This document shows, one piece after another, positions 39,186 through 48,716 of a DNA stretch of 64,000 nt. The notes under the pieces were generated by a model that was not told the origin of the DNA, did no database searches, and worked only from the letters and a program-made list of their open reading frames with translations. Made by a program: the position numbers and the translations under genes. The DNA is from Armatimonadota bacterium (GTDB lineage Bacteria > Armatimonadota > UBA10988): contig JACRKZ010000008.1 in the NCBI GenBank assembly GCA_016235455.1, positions 32,001 to 96,000 on the forward strand, given 5' to 3'. Position 1 is the first letter of the stretch. Every line of letters starts with the position of its first letter.

Positions 39186-39692
39186 CTAAGCGTCGACCCG
39201 CCCCTTGTCGACGAACTCCAACTCGGCCGCCGCGGCCACGTCGGCGCAGAGGCGCACCAACTGCGCCTCGTGGATGCGGTCATCGACCTTGGCGGCTGTA
39301 CCGTCGGGCCTGAACAGCACGATCATGCAGCGCAGCCCCTTGGGTCGCAGGATGTACTGCGCGGTCTCCAGGCGCTCGAACTCGCGCAGGTTGAACCAGC
39401 GCCGCACCTTGCGGTGCTTGCCGTGCACGCGCACCACCTGCAGACGCCGCACCCGCGGCTGTACCACCAGGTACTCGCGCGGGTCGTTGCGCAGCAGCCA
39501 GACGCCCGCGCCCATGGCCGGCCCCGCGAAAAGGAACAGCCACGGATCGCCAAAGCCGATGGCCAGGAAGAAGCCGACGATGCCGGAAACCAGCAACACC
39601 CAGCCGTGAATGCGGTAGGTGCCCTCAAGCCGGTACTGCAGCTCGTAGGCGCCGGCCGGCGTGGCGTCCTTGCGTCCTGCCGCCCGCTTCAC
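39186..39692 (-). CDS. hypothetical membrane protein (2 TM + basic soluble domain)
   Basis: GTG overlaps the stop of the upstream IMPase gene; two hydrophobic helices. Confidence 0.7.
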   Translation of the reverse strand: MKRAAGRKDATPAGAYELQYRLEGTYRIHGWVLLVSGIVGFFLAIGFGDPWLFLFAGPAMGAGVWLLRNDPREYLVVQPRVRRLQVVRVHGKHRKVRRWFNLREFERLETAQYILRPKGLRCMIVLFRPDGTAAKVDDRIHEAQLVRLCADVAAAAELEFVDKGRVDA

Positions 39693-40504
39693 CAGCGCTC
39701 TCCCACCACGGGCCGCGCCGCGTCGCGCATGACGTCCAGACTGTGCTCGCCGCAGGCGATGATGCCCTCATCGCAGACGCGGCCATCGAGCAGCGCCGCC
39801 AAGTTGGGGTTGAAGCCGGCCAGGTTGGTGATCCGCCCACCGGCCGCCAGCACCAGCGCCGCGCCAGCCACGATGTCCCATAGGTAGTCGCCCTGCCACA
39901 TGCCGCCGCGGCACGCGCCGCTCGCCACCATGGCGAAGTGCATCTGCGCCGAGCCCAGGCAGCGCGGCCGAATGGCCGCCGGGAAGCGCAGCTTGGCCTG
40001 CATGAGATGCGGAGAGAAGGCGATCGGGTCGGTCCGCTGCCACGGCGTACGGTCGTCCCAGACCCGCAGCGGCTCGCCGTTGAGCCAGGCGCCCAGGCCG
40101 ACCGCGCCCTTGAACATCTCGTTGGTCACCGGCTGATAGAGCACGCCCAGCACCGGTTCACCGGCCTCCATCAGCCCGATGGCGATGCACCAGATAGGCA
40201 TGCGGTGCACGAAGTTGGTGGTGCCGTCGATGGGGTCGATGACCCACACGCGCTTGGCATCCAACATGCCGCGCCGACCCATCTCCTCACCCAGTTGGCT
40301 GTCGTGCGGGAAGGCGCGCTCCAGTTCGTCGCGTACCGCCTGCTCCACGGCCCGGTCGGCACACGTCACCCACGAACTGTCGCTCTTGCGCTCGGCCTGC
40401 ATATCGGCCACGTCGCCGCGGTAATAGCGCAGCGCAATGGCCCCCGCGCGCCGCGCGATGTCGGTCACCTGGTCCAGAACCGCCTGAGCTTCCACTGGTG
40501 TCAT
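39689..40504 (-). CDS. inositol monophosphatase family protein
   Basis: TCADRAVE, GEE, WVIDPIDGTTNF, WDIVAG. Confidence 0.93.
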   Translation of the reverse strand: MTPVEAQAVLDQVTDIARRAGAIALRYYRGDVADMQAERKSDSSWVTCADRAVEQAVRDELERAFPHDSQLGEEMGRRGMLDAKRVWVIDPIDGTTNFVHRMPIWCIAIGLMEAGEPVLGVLYQPVTNEMFKGAVGLGAWLNGEPLRVWDDRTPWQRTDPIAFSPHLMQAKLRFPAAIRPRCLGSAQMHFAMVASGACRGGMWQGDYLWDIVAGAALVLAAGGRITNLAGFNPNLAALLDGRVCDEGIIACGEHSLDVMRDAARPVVGERW

Positions 40505-40547
40505 GCGCCTTAGGATACACCCAATGAGCCCCGCCGGCAGCCCCAAC

Positions 40548-40605
40548 CAAAAACGGTGTCAGGACCCGTTTCCGCGAGCGGAAACGGGTCCTGACACCGT
40601 TTTTG
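40548..40605. repeat. perfect 28-bp-arm palindrome (REP-like element / bidirectional terminator)
   Basis: CAAAAACGGTGTCAGGACCCGTTTCCGC-GA-GCGGAAACGGGTCCTGACACCGTTTTTG. Confidence 0.9.
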
Positions 40606-40625
40606 TCCGATAGATGCCTGGCTGG

Positions 40626-42620
40626 CTAGCCGGGCGGCATGCCCATCGGCATGCCACCCATGGGCTGCTCGGGAGCCGGCTCGAACTCCTGGCCGGAGCG
40701 CGCGAAGCGCATCAGGTAGGAACCGTCGTCGTTGCGCACCACGATGTCCTTGCCCTCGGCCTTGGCGAACGCGGCCATCGACTTGGAGTCGGGGTCGCGG
40801 CCAATCAGCAGCGTCTGCTTGGAGCCGTTGTTGAGCGTCACCACGAGGGTGCACTCGGGCTCCTTCAGACCGTACTTGGCCAGGTCGGGGGCCTTGTCGG
40901 CCATCCACTCGTCGCCGCGCACGTCTTCGAGGTCGGTCAGCAGGCCGGAGACGCGGCCGAAGTCGGCCTTCTTCTCCTCGGCCGGCTTGGGCTTCTCCTT
41001 GGCGTCCTTGACCGGCTGCGGCTCGATTTTGTAGACCCAGTCGCTGGCGCCACGGCAGGTCAGCGTGACCGTGTCACGGTCCTTGGCCTTCATGACGATC
41101 GACTTGATCTCGGTGCGGTCGAGCCGGAGCACCTGCAGGTCGCGCAGCCGCTCGGCCTTGGTCTCCAGGCCACGGACCAGACTGCCGTTGGCCTTGAAGA
41201 CCACTGGGTTGTCCGCGCGCTTGAAGAACGTGCCCGAGCCATCACTCGCCGCCTTGCCGATGCTCAGCAGCGGCAGCTTGGTGGTACCTTCCTCGATGGC
41301 GATGGTGCAGGTCGGCTTGTCCAGGCCGTACTGTTCCAGCGCGCCGGGCTCGTCCACGAAGCCAGTGGCCTGCAGGCCCTTGAGGTCCTGGAGCAGCTTC
41401 TCCACCTTCTTCGAGTCGGCGGTCAGCGCTTGCGGCTTCTTGAGTTGCCACACGCCCGGCTTGTCCTTGACCGGCGCGCCCTTCTCGAGTTCCACCGTGC
41501 TGGTGCCCACGGTGTAGGCGACCTTGGTCGCGTTGATCGTGTTCACCGCCAGGATGGTCTTGTCGCGCAAGTCCTGCGGGGTCTTGAGCAGGGCCGCATA
41601 GAGCGAGCCCGGTACCTGCACCACCTCGGTCTCGCCACGGCGCTGCACGTAGACCTTCTCTTCGGGCTGCGGCGGCGGCTGGTTGGGGTTCATCTGCGGC
41701 TGCTGCGCCGGCGCTTCCGTGATGGAGCCGCCGAGCGACAGACCGAACTCACCCTTGGCGCCGGTGCTCACGGTGATCGTGACACGCGGCTTGTCCAGCC
41801 CGTAGCTGGCCGGCGATTTGGGGGCCGGATCGACGAACTTGTCGATCTTGGTGCTGGCCAGCGAGGCCAGAAGGTTGTCCACGGCATTGGCGTCCGCGGG
41901 GTACTTCTTGGCGCCGGCGGCCAGCTCCCAGTTGCCCTTCTCGTTCTTGGCCAGCTTCATGCTGCCGGCGGGATAGGCCAACTCGATGCTCTTGGCATCG
42001 TTGGCGGCCAGGGCCAGCAGCGTCTTGTCGCGCAGGTCGCCCACCTGCTTCTTGATCAGGTTCTCGTCGACATAGGCCTGGGCGAACAGCAGCACCAGCG
42101 CCTTGCCTTGCACCTGAGCGAAGCAGTTGTCCTTGTTCAGCGTGGACTCGCCGAACTGCACGGTGCCGGTCTTGCCCTTGGCGTCCTTGAGCAGCAGCGT
42201 CACGCGCGGCTTGCCCAGGCCGGTGTCGGCGTCCGACAGCTCCTTGGCCTGCTCCTTGGTATAGGAGCTCACGGCCTTGGCGCTCAGCAGCGTCTTGATG
42301 AACGCGCTGGTCGCCACGCGGTCAGCATCGCCCTTGAGCGGGCTGATGATCTTCCAATCATCCTCGCCGGACGCATCCTTGGCGTCCTTCTTCGCGTCCT
42401 TGGCGTCGGCCTTCTTGGCCACGCGTTGCAGCGTCAGCGTGTCGCTCTCGCGCGTGATGGTGATCTCCTGGACATCGGCCTCCTTCTTGAAGCCGGCCAG
42501 CTGCACCACGCTGCGGTCCGCGGTCTTGTCGGGCTTCTCCGCGCCCGCCTCGAACTTGTACACGTACAAGCCGAGCAGGGCACAGATGACCACTAGACCC
42601 AGGGTATTGCGTCCCTTCAC
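40626..42620 (-). CDS. DUF4340-repeat membrane-anchored protein
   Basis: N-terminal TM; four repeats with (Y/T)GLxxP motif (TGLGKP, YGLDKP, YGLDKP, YGLKEP) linked by (D/R)LRD; follows gldG-like gene. Confidence 0.82.
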   Translation of the reverse strand: MKGRNTLGLVVICALLGLYVYKFEAGAEKPDKTADRSVVQLAGFKKEADVQEITITRESDTLTLQRVAKKADAKDAKKDAKDASGEDDWKIISPLKGDADRVATSAFIKTLLSAKAVSSYTKEQAKELSDADTGLGKPRVTLLLKDAKGKTGTVQFGESTLNKDNCFAQVQGKALVLLFAQAYVDENLIKKQVGDLRDKTLLALAANDAKSIELAYPAGSMKLAKNEKGNWELAAGAKKYPADANAVDNLLASLASTKIDKFVDPAPKSPASYGLDKPRVTITVSTGAKGEFGLSLGGSITEAPAQQPQMNPNQPPPQPEEKVYVQRRGETEVVQVPGSLYAALLKTPQDLRDKTILAVNTINATKVAYTVGTSTVELEKGAPVKDKPGVWQLKKPQALTADSKKVEKLLQDLKGLQATGFVDEPGALEQYGLDKPTCTIAIEEGTTKLPLLSIGKAASDGSGTFFKRADNPVVFKANGSLVRGLETKAERLRDLQVLRLDRTEIKSIVMKAKDRDTVTLTCRGASDWVYKIEPQPVKDAKEKPKPAEEKKADFGRVSGLLTDLEDVRGDEWMADKAPDLAKYGLKEPECTLVVTLNNGSKQTLLIGRDPDSKSMAAFAKAEGKDIVVRNDDGSYLMRFARSGQEFEPAPEQPMGGMPMGMPPG

Positions 42621-42625
42621 GACGA

Positions 42626-44302
42626 CTACCTCCGCGACCGCGCCACGGACATCGCGATGCCCGCGCCAATGCACAGGAGCAAGGGCAGCAGGAAGGTGAA
42701 GAGCATGACCTTGTTGAGCTTGGCCTTGGTCATCTCGATCTTGCGGTCCTTCTCGTCGTCCCACGGGTTCTTGGGGCGGATGCCCATGTCCTTGGTGTTG
42801 TCCGACAGCCAGTTCACCGCGTCCGTGGCGATGAGTGAGTTGGCCACCTGGCCACCGGCGATCGGCAGCGTCAGGAACCACGGCGTGCCCACCGCGACGA
42901 TGCGCGTGCCCAGTTCAGTCTTGGTGTCGGGCGCCTTCTTGTCGTCCTTGGGATCAACCACCGGCGCGCGCTTGCCCACCGCGGCGACCAAGTCGAACGG
43001 ACCCTTGGGCCCGCCGGTCACCGCGCTGGTCGGCGAACTGGTGACCAGGCTCGAGTACTCCATCTCGGTGGGTACGGTGCCCTGCTTGAACGAGCCAGTG
43101 CGGTTGAACACCGCGACCAGCCGGCTCTTCTTCAGGTCGTTGACGATGGGGTGCGAGCCCAGGTTGGTGGCGTAGAAGAAGCTCGGCTCCTGCACGCTCA
43201 GCGCCTGGTCCTCGACCATGCCCGTCTGCCACTCGATGCCGTACTCTTTGAGCAGGTCGGCCAGGTTGCTCTTGCTCGACGGGTCGAGCACGGCGAACAG
43301 GCGGCCGTTGTTCTGCAGGTACTTGCGCATCGTATCGAGTTCGGCCTTGGCAAACGGCGCCTTGGCGCCGACCGTGGCCAGCACGGTGCAGTCGGCCGGG
43401 ATCTCCTTGGCCATGGGCAGCTCGACCACTTCGAAGCGGTCATCGGTCAGGGCCTGCTTGAGCTGGGCCAGGTTCTGGCTGTCGCTGGCCAGCGGGTCCT
43501 GCTGCTGCTGTTGGCCGGCGGGACCGGCCATGGCCACCTCGCCGTGACCGGTGAGGAAGTAGACCTTGCGCTTCTTGCCCTTGTCGTCCAGCAGCTTGCT
43601 CAGCGACCGGGTGATCTGGCTCTCGTCCAGGCTCGGCACCGACTCGACCGCCTTGGGGTCCTTCTTGAAGCGCAGCAGACAGCCGGCCGAGGGCAGCGCT
43701 GTCAAGCCCGATTCCTTGGCGACCTCGGTGGCCCGCTTGGACACATACGGGTCCAACGTGGTCACGGTCAGGTTCGGGTTGAGCCGCTTGTACTCCTCGA
43801 GCCGCTTCTTGTTCAGCTCCAGGCTGCGCGCCGTGTCGGGGCTGATCTGGCTGTAGCGGTCCATCGGCACCAAGGCGAACAGCTCGACGGGGTTGTCGGA
43901 CTTGATCGTCTTGACGATGTTCTTGGTCTGCGTGGACAGCGAGTAGTATTTGCCGGCGGTCAGGTCGAGCTTCTTGTCGCCAAACTGGCGCGGCACGATC
44001 CAGTAGTTGACCATCAGCAGGATGCCGAACACGGCCAGCAGCGTGCCGAAGGCATTGACGTTCATCGCCATGCCGCGGCTACCGCCGACGCGCAGCAGTT
44101 CATCCTTGTTGCAGATCGCCCAGGTGAGCGCGCCAACGATGGCGACCGCCAGCAGGCCGATGTCGCGGCCCTTGTTGAACGGCAGGTTCTGCATCTTGAT
44201 ATAGGCCAGCGCCACCAGGGCGATCACCGCCACAGCGCCCGCCACGATGCCCAGAATGAGCGCGGGGCTCTTGGGGCTCTTGGGGTTCATCTCTTGCGCC
44301 AT
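42626..44302 (-). CDS. GldG-like ABC transporter auxiliary protein
   Basis: DLTAGKYYSLSTQTKNIV, KVYFLTGHGE, YLQNNGRL, DAVNWL, C-terminal TM. Confidence 0.88.
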   Translation of the reverse strand: MAQEMNPKSPKSPALILGIVAGAVAVIALVALAYIKMQNLPFNKGRDIGLLAVAIVGALTWAICNKDELLRVGGSRGMAMNVNAFGTLLAVFGILLMVNYWIVPRQFGDKKLDLTAGKYYSLSTQTKNIVKTIKSDNPVELFALVPMDRYSQISPDTARSLELNKKRLEEYKRLNPNLTVTTLDPYVSKRATEVAKESGLTALPSAGCLLRFKKDPKAVESVPSLDESQITRSLSKLLDDKGKKRKVYFLTGHGEVAMAGPAGQQQQQDPLASDSQNLAQLKQALTDDRFEVVELPMAKEIPADCTVLATVGAKAPFAKAELDTMRKYLQNNGRLFAVLDPSSKSNLADLLKEYGIEWQTGMVEDQALSVQEPSFFYATNLGSHPIVNDLKKSRLVAVFNRTGSFKQGTVPTEMEYSSLVTSSPTSAVTGGPKGPFDLVAAVGKRAPVVDPKDDKKAPDTKTELGTRIVAVGTPWFLTLPIAGGQVANSLIATDAVNWLSDNTKDMGIRPKNPWDDEKDRKIEMTKAKLNKVMLFTFLLPLLLCIGAGIAMSVARSRR

Positions 44303-44314
44303 TGCGTCGTCTCC

Positions 44315-45040
44315 TTAGCGCCAGCGGCTCGAAGCCACCATCAACTTGCTGGCAAACAGCAGGAAGTAGATGGCCGAGCAGTACCAGACGACTTCCTGCA
44401 GCGAGATGACCCCGCGCCAGAAGTCTTCGTGGTGTCCCAGCATGGAGAACCAGGCCAGGAACTGCAGCGACTTCGAGGGGTTGTCCTTGAAGAAGCTGAT
44501 CAGCCACAGCGCCAGGCTGGAAACGATGGTCGTCACCGCGGCGACGATCTGCGAGTTGGTCAGCGAGCTGAAGAACAGGCCTAGGGCCAGCACATAGCCG
44601 CTGAAGAACAGGAAGCCGACGTAGCCGCCGATGATCTTGCCCACGTCGGGCTTGCCCAGCACGCGGAAGGCCACGGCATAGATGCCGGAGACCAGCACCA
44701 GGCTGCACATATAGAGCATCGAGGCCAGGTACTTGCCCAGCACCAGTTGCCATTCGGTGATCGGTGAGGTGAGCAACAGCTCGATGGTGCCGACGCCTTG
44801 GTCGCCACCTCGCTCTCCGGCCAGGAGGCGCATGGTCAGCAGCGGCAGCACCATGATCAGCAGAATGGTGCAGTTGCGGAACAACGGCTCCATGTCGGCC
44901 GAGGCGCTGGGGCTACCCAGGATCAGGTAGAAGATGAGCCCGGCGAAGAGGATCCAGCAGCTCATCACGACATAGCCCACAGGCCCGGTGAAGTAGGCCT
45001 TCACCTCGCGCTGGGCGATGGTCCAGATGTTGCGCATCAC
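44315..45040 (-). CDS. ABC-2 type permease (GldF-like)
   Basis: IAQREVKAYFTGPVGY, PLLTMRLLAGE, GTIELLLTSP, LGKYLA, SSLTNSQIVAA. Confidence 0.92.
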   Translation of the reverse strand: MMRNIWTIAQREVKAYFTGPVGYVVMSCWILFAGLIFYLILGSPSASADMEPLFRNCTILLIMVLPLLTMRLLAGERGGDQGVGTIELLLTSPITEWQLVLGKYLASMLYMCSLVLVSGIYAVAFRVLGKPDVGKIIGGYVGFLFFSGYVLALGLFFSSLTNSQIVAAVTTIVSSLALWLISFFKDNPSKSLQFLAWFSMLGHHEDFWRGVISLQEVVWYCSAIYFLLFASKLMVASSRWR

Positions 45041-46008
45041 GCCACCTCCTCGGCCGGCGTTTCGACCGCCAAGCCGGCTTCGTCGGTGGTCAACTCGACG
45101 AAAATGTCTTCCAGCGTGCGCCGCGGGACTTCCAGCCCGCGCAGGCCGAAGCCGCCCTGCACCACGGCGCGCGCCAGTTCCTCGCGCAGGTCGCCCGAGG
45201 CACTGACCTGCAGGTTGTATCCGTCGGTGTCCGAGCCATCGACCACGGTCACGCCGGACACGCCCTGGACCGCCCGCAGCGCGCCGAGCAGCGCGTCCTT
45301 GGCGCCGCGCGCCTGCAGGCTGAGCGACAGCGCGCCGCTGGCCGCGCGGTTGCGCAGGCCCACGGGCGTGTCGTCGGCGACGATGCGGCCGCGGTTGATC
45401 ATCAGCACGCGGTCACACACCAGCTCCACTTCGGGCAGGATGTGCGTGCTGAGGATGATGGTATGCTCGCCGGCCAGGTTCTTGATGGTCTCGCGCACGT
45501 CGCGGATCTGCACCGGGTCGAGGCTGGCCGTCGGCTCGTCGAGGATGAGCACGTCGGGGTTGTGCACCAGCGCCTGGGCCAAGCCGCAGCGCTGGCGATA
45601 GCCGCGCGACAGATGGCCGATGAGATCGCGCCGCCGATGCAGCAGACCGCACGAGTCCATGACCTTGTCGAGGCGCTCGGACAGTTCGCTCCAGGTGACG
45701 CCGTTGAGCCGTGCCATGTAGGTCAGGTACGACTCGACGCTCATGTCCAGGTACAGCGGCACGTTCTCGGGCAGATAGCCGATGCGTCGCCGCACCTCAA
45801 TGCTCTGCTCGAAGATGTCGTAGCCGGCAATCTTCACCTTACCGCTGGTGGCGGGCAGGAAGCAGGTCAACACGCGCATGGTCGTGGTCTTGCCGGCGCC
45901 GTTTGGCCCCAGAAAGCCCAGAATCTCGCCCTTTTTCACCTCGAACGAGATGTGGTCCACCGCGGTCCGGCTACCGTAGGCCTTCACCAGGTCTTGGACT
46001 TCAATCAT
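45037..46008 (-). CDS. ABC transporter ATP-binding protein (GldA-like)
   Basis: GPNGAGKTT, LSRGYRQR, LILDEPT, LSTH. Confidence 0.95.
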   Translation of the reverse strand: MIEVQDLVKAYGSRTAVDHISFEVKKGEILGFLGPNGAGKTTTMRVLTCFLPATSGKVKIAGYDIFEQSIEVRRRIGYLPENVPLYLDMSVESYLTYMARLNGVTWSELSERLDKVMDSCGLLHRRRDLIGHLSRGYRQRCGLAQALVHNPDVLILDEPTASLDPVQIRDVRETIKNLAGEHTIILSTHILPEVELVCDRVLMINRGRIVADDTPVGLRNRAASGALSLSLQARGAKDALLGALRAVQGVSGVTVVDGSDTDGYNLQVSASGDLREELARAVVQGGFGLRGLEVPRRTLEDIFVELTTDEAGLAVETPAEEVA

Positions 46009-46186
46009 CCACCGCTCTCCAAAATGGCTGCGATAGCGCCTCACCCGCCCACCTGTCAGGTCCGCTAGGGCCGACGCCAGTGTTCCCGTACCCCCAGCCT
46101 GGGCCGGTGTTACAGCGGGTTCCCGCACCCAGCCCCAAATAGCCAGACCAGCCCGCGCGCGGGCTCACCTGGTGGGCTTGGGCAAC

Positions 46187-46215
46187 AAGTTACTGATCGA
46201 CTACGCTCGTGTCAA
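46187..46215 (-). promoter_or_regulatory. sigma70-type promoter for the ABC operon
   Basis: Minus strand TTGACA-17 nt-TAACTT. Confidence 0.62.
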
Positions 46216-46268
46216 TGCAACGTGGCACCCGTGACGCAGCCGTTACACCCCCATGGGCTGGCAGGGAG

Positions 46269-46288
46269 CACGGCCGCCCGCGGCCGTG
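46269..46288 (-). terminator. hairpin downstream of the glnD-rsb operon
   Basis: CACGGCCGC-CC-GCGGCCGTG about 20 nt after the last stop codon; no U-tract. Confidence 0.4.
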
Positions 46289-46307
46289 TGTTGGTCGCGG
46301 CGCGGCG

Positions 46308-46856
46308 CTACCCGTCGGCGGGCGTGGTCACCGCTGGCAGGGCGCTGGTCTCCATGCCTTCGCTCTCGGCCCAGTCGACGAGCTCCGCGAAGGCGGACTC
46401 GGCTGTAGCGCGAGGCAGATCGACCACCACACGCAGCCTGAACAGCGGGGATCCGCTCACCGGCGCGGGATAGACACTGGAGTCGAGGCGGACAATGTTG
46501 CCGCCGGCGCCGCGCAGATGGTCGGCCACCAGGTGCACCAGGCCCTCGCGGTCGGACGAGTGCAGCTCGAACGACAAGCGCGTGCAGTCAGCGCTGACCG
46601 TGGTCGGCGTGGTGGCGTGGATCTGGACGTGCAGCCCCGATGCCGTCTCCAGACCGGCCAAGTCGGCGGCGATGGCGGCGGTTGCCGCATCGCTGCCCGA
46701 GAGCAGCATCATGATGCCGAACATGCCGCCGAGCACCGACATGCGGCTGTCTTCAACATTGCCGCGCCGCTCAGCCACATAGGCCGACAGATCGGCCACG
46801 AGACCCGGCCGGTCGACGCCCGCCGCGGTCAACACCACGTACCTGCGCTCTTCCAT
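46308..46856 (-). CDS. gcvR: GcvR-like protein with two ACT domains
   Basis: VLTAAGVDRPGLVADLS...GNVEDSRMSVLGGMFGIMMLLSG and SSDREGLVHLVADHL...GNIVRLDS...PAPVSGSPLF. Confidence 0.85.
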   Translation of the reverse strand: MEERRYVVLTAAGVDRPGLVADLSAYVAERRGNVEDSRMSVLGGMFGIMMLLSGSDAATAAIAADLAGLETASGLHVQIHATTPTTVSADCTRLSFELHSSDREGLVHLVADHLRGAGGNIVRLDSSVYPAPVSGSPLFRLRVVVDLPRATAESAFAELVDWAESEGMETSALPAVTTPADG

Positions 46857-46859
46857 GGA

Positions 46860-47699
46860 CTACTCCCCTGCTCCAGGTGCCGCCGCCCGGGGCACCACAT
46901 CCAGTCCCAGACGCAGGAAGGCCTGCGTCAACCCCTGGCGCATGTCGGCGCACGGGCTGATCAGCGACAGATCCACGCCCAGCGAGACGACCGTCTGCGC
47001 CAACTCCGGCCCGATACCCACCACCAGGCACTGTGTACCCAACAGTTCCACGGCCTTGATCGTGCGGATCAGATGATCCGCGACGTTGGTATCGACCACC
47101 GGCACGCCGGTGATGTCGATGAGCACGATGTCGGCCTGCTCGCGCGACACTTCACGCAGCAGTTCCTCCATGACCTGCTTGGCGCGGTAGCTGTCGAGCG
47201 TGCCGATGAGCGGCAGCGCCAGGATGCCGTCCCACACCTTGATCACCGGCGTCGACAGCTCCAGCACGGCCAACCGCTGCTTCTCGAACAGCGTCATCTG
47301 CATGGACACGAAGGTCTCGCAGAAGCGCAGCGCCACTACCTCGAGCGCACGCTGCGCGTCGAGCATGAGCGCGATCTTGTCGTCGGCGCTGCCGGCCCCG
47401 GCCTGGATGATGGGCAGCATCACGTCGTCGTAGAGGAACATGGCCTCGAGCACTTCGCCCAGTTGGAAGCCCATGGGCAGCCGCTGCCGGCACAACTGCT
47501 CGATGAACGCCATGACCTCCGGATCGCGCGGCGCGGCCAGGGCCTTGGGGAAGAGGTAGATGAGCCGGCGCGTGTTCTCGACGAAGCCTTGCGGCTCGGC
47601 GCGATGGTAGCGGTCCACCTCATCGCGGACCAGCGCCAGATAGCCTTCGAGGATCGCCTCGAAGTTGTCGCGAATGAACCCTTCGAACGTGGTCGCCAC
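46860..47699 (-). CDS. rsbR: stressosome RsbR co-antagonist (helical RsbRD_N-like sensor + STAS)
   Basis: ELSTPVIKVWDGILALPLIGTLDSYRA, IDITGVPVVDTNVADHL, GIGPELAQTVVSLGVDL; AGGAG RBS. Confidence 0.93.
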   Translation of the reverse strand: MATTFEGFIRDNFEAILEGYLALVRDEVDRYHRAEPQGFVENTRRLIYLFPKALAAPRDPEVMAFIEQLCRQRLPMGFQLGEVLEAMFLYDDVMLPIIQAGAGSADDKIALMLDAQRALEVVALRFCETFVSMQMTLFEKQRLAVLELSTPVIKVWDGILALPLIGTLDSYRAKQVMEELLREVSREQADIVLIDITGVPVVDTNVADHLIRTIKAVELLGTQCLVVGIGPELAQTVVSLGVDLSLISPCADMRQGLTQAFLRLGLDVVPRAAAPGAGE

Positions 47700-47714
47700 C
47701 GCTCTTCTCCTGGT

Positions 47715-48323
47715 TCAGGGCAACTGCATGACGACCACGGTGAGATCGTCATTCTCACGCGCGTGGTCGTTGCACAGCGATTCCGCGAGCGCCTGCGGCC
47801 CGCCGCCGAGCAGGCCCGACTGCGCGGCGCGTAGCAACTCCAGCTCAAGATCGAACCGCGAGCGCAGCCCGTCGGTGTGGAGCACAATCCACTCGCCCGG
47901 CACATAGTCCGCCTCGTAAACACGCGGCGGCCGGAAATTGTTGGCGCCCACGATGCCGCGCATCGAGAGCGGGTGGAACGGCCAGTCGCGGCGGGTGCGG
48001 GCCTCCACATTGCCCACCCCGGCATAGCTGACGCGCCTGGTCTCGGTATCCACGCGCAGCAGCGCCGCGGCCGCGCCACGGGTGCTCAGCAGCGCCGTGT
48101 GGCAGGCTTCCAGGATGTCTGGCAGCGGCCGGTCGGCGCATCGCCGCACCGTGTCGATCTGCGCCTGTGCGGCGAGGTGCGCGTGCTCGCCGCTGCCCAG
48201 CCCGTCACACACGCACAGCAGCAGACCGGACTCGTCCTCAACCAGGCACCAGGCATCGCCAGAGACCAGGTTACCCGGCTTGGCTCGCTGCACGACGCCA
48301 ACCGCGGCGGTCAACGCAGCCAC
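47715..48323 (-). CDS. rsbX: RsbX-like PP2C/SpoIIE phosphatase
   Basis: SGDAW, VCDGLGSGEHA, STRGAAA, AGVGNV, LHTDGL, DDLTVV. Confidence 0.88.
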   Translation of the reverse strand: MAALTAAVGVVQRAKPGNLVSGDAWCLVEDESGLLLCVCDGLGSGEHAHLAAQAQIDTVRRCADRPLPDILEACHTALLSTRGAAAALLRVDTETRRVSYAGVGNVEARTRRDWPFHPLSMRGIVGANNFRPPRVYEADYVPGEWIVLHTDGLRSRFDLELELLRAAQSGLLGGGPQALAESLCNDHARENDDLTVVVMQLP

Positions 48324-48712
48324 TTGCGGATGGTGACGCACGTGCCGCGCCCCTCCGAGGATTCGATCTCGAACTCGTCCACCAGCCGCCGCGTGCCCGG
48401 CAGGCCGGCGCCCAGTCCGCCCGAGGTGGTGTAGCCATCGCGCATGGCCTCCTCGATGCTGCGAATGCCGGGGCCCTGGTCGCGGGCGATGACCTGCAGG
48501 CCCGATCGCGGCCCACGAGTGATCTGCGCCAACTCGATCTCACCGGGCCGGGCGTAATTGTAGATGTTGCGCGCCAACTCCGAGATGGCGGTCGCCACGC
48601 GCGCCAGGTCGACCGGCCCGAATCCGGTCTCTTTGGCCAACTGCCGGCCCTCCTGGCGGGCCCGCACGATGTCCAGCTCGTCGACAATCGGGACTACCAC
48701 GCTGTCAGGCAT
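48311..48712 (-). CDS. rsbT: stressosome Ser/Thr kinase RsbT
   Basis: DIVRARQEGR, ATAISELARNI, DQGPGI, DGYTTSGGLGAGLPGTRRLVDEF, KWLR. Confidence 0.96.
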   Translation of the reverse strand: MPDSVVVPIVDELDIVRARQEGRQLAKETGFGPVDLARVATAISELARNIYNYARPGEIELAQITRGPRSGLQVIARDQGPGIRSIEEAMRDGYTTSGGLGAGLPGTRRLVDEFEIESSEGRGTCVTIRKWLR

Positions 48713-48716
48713 GGGA

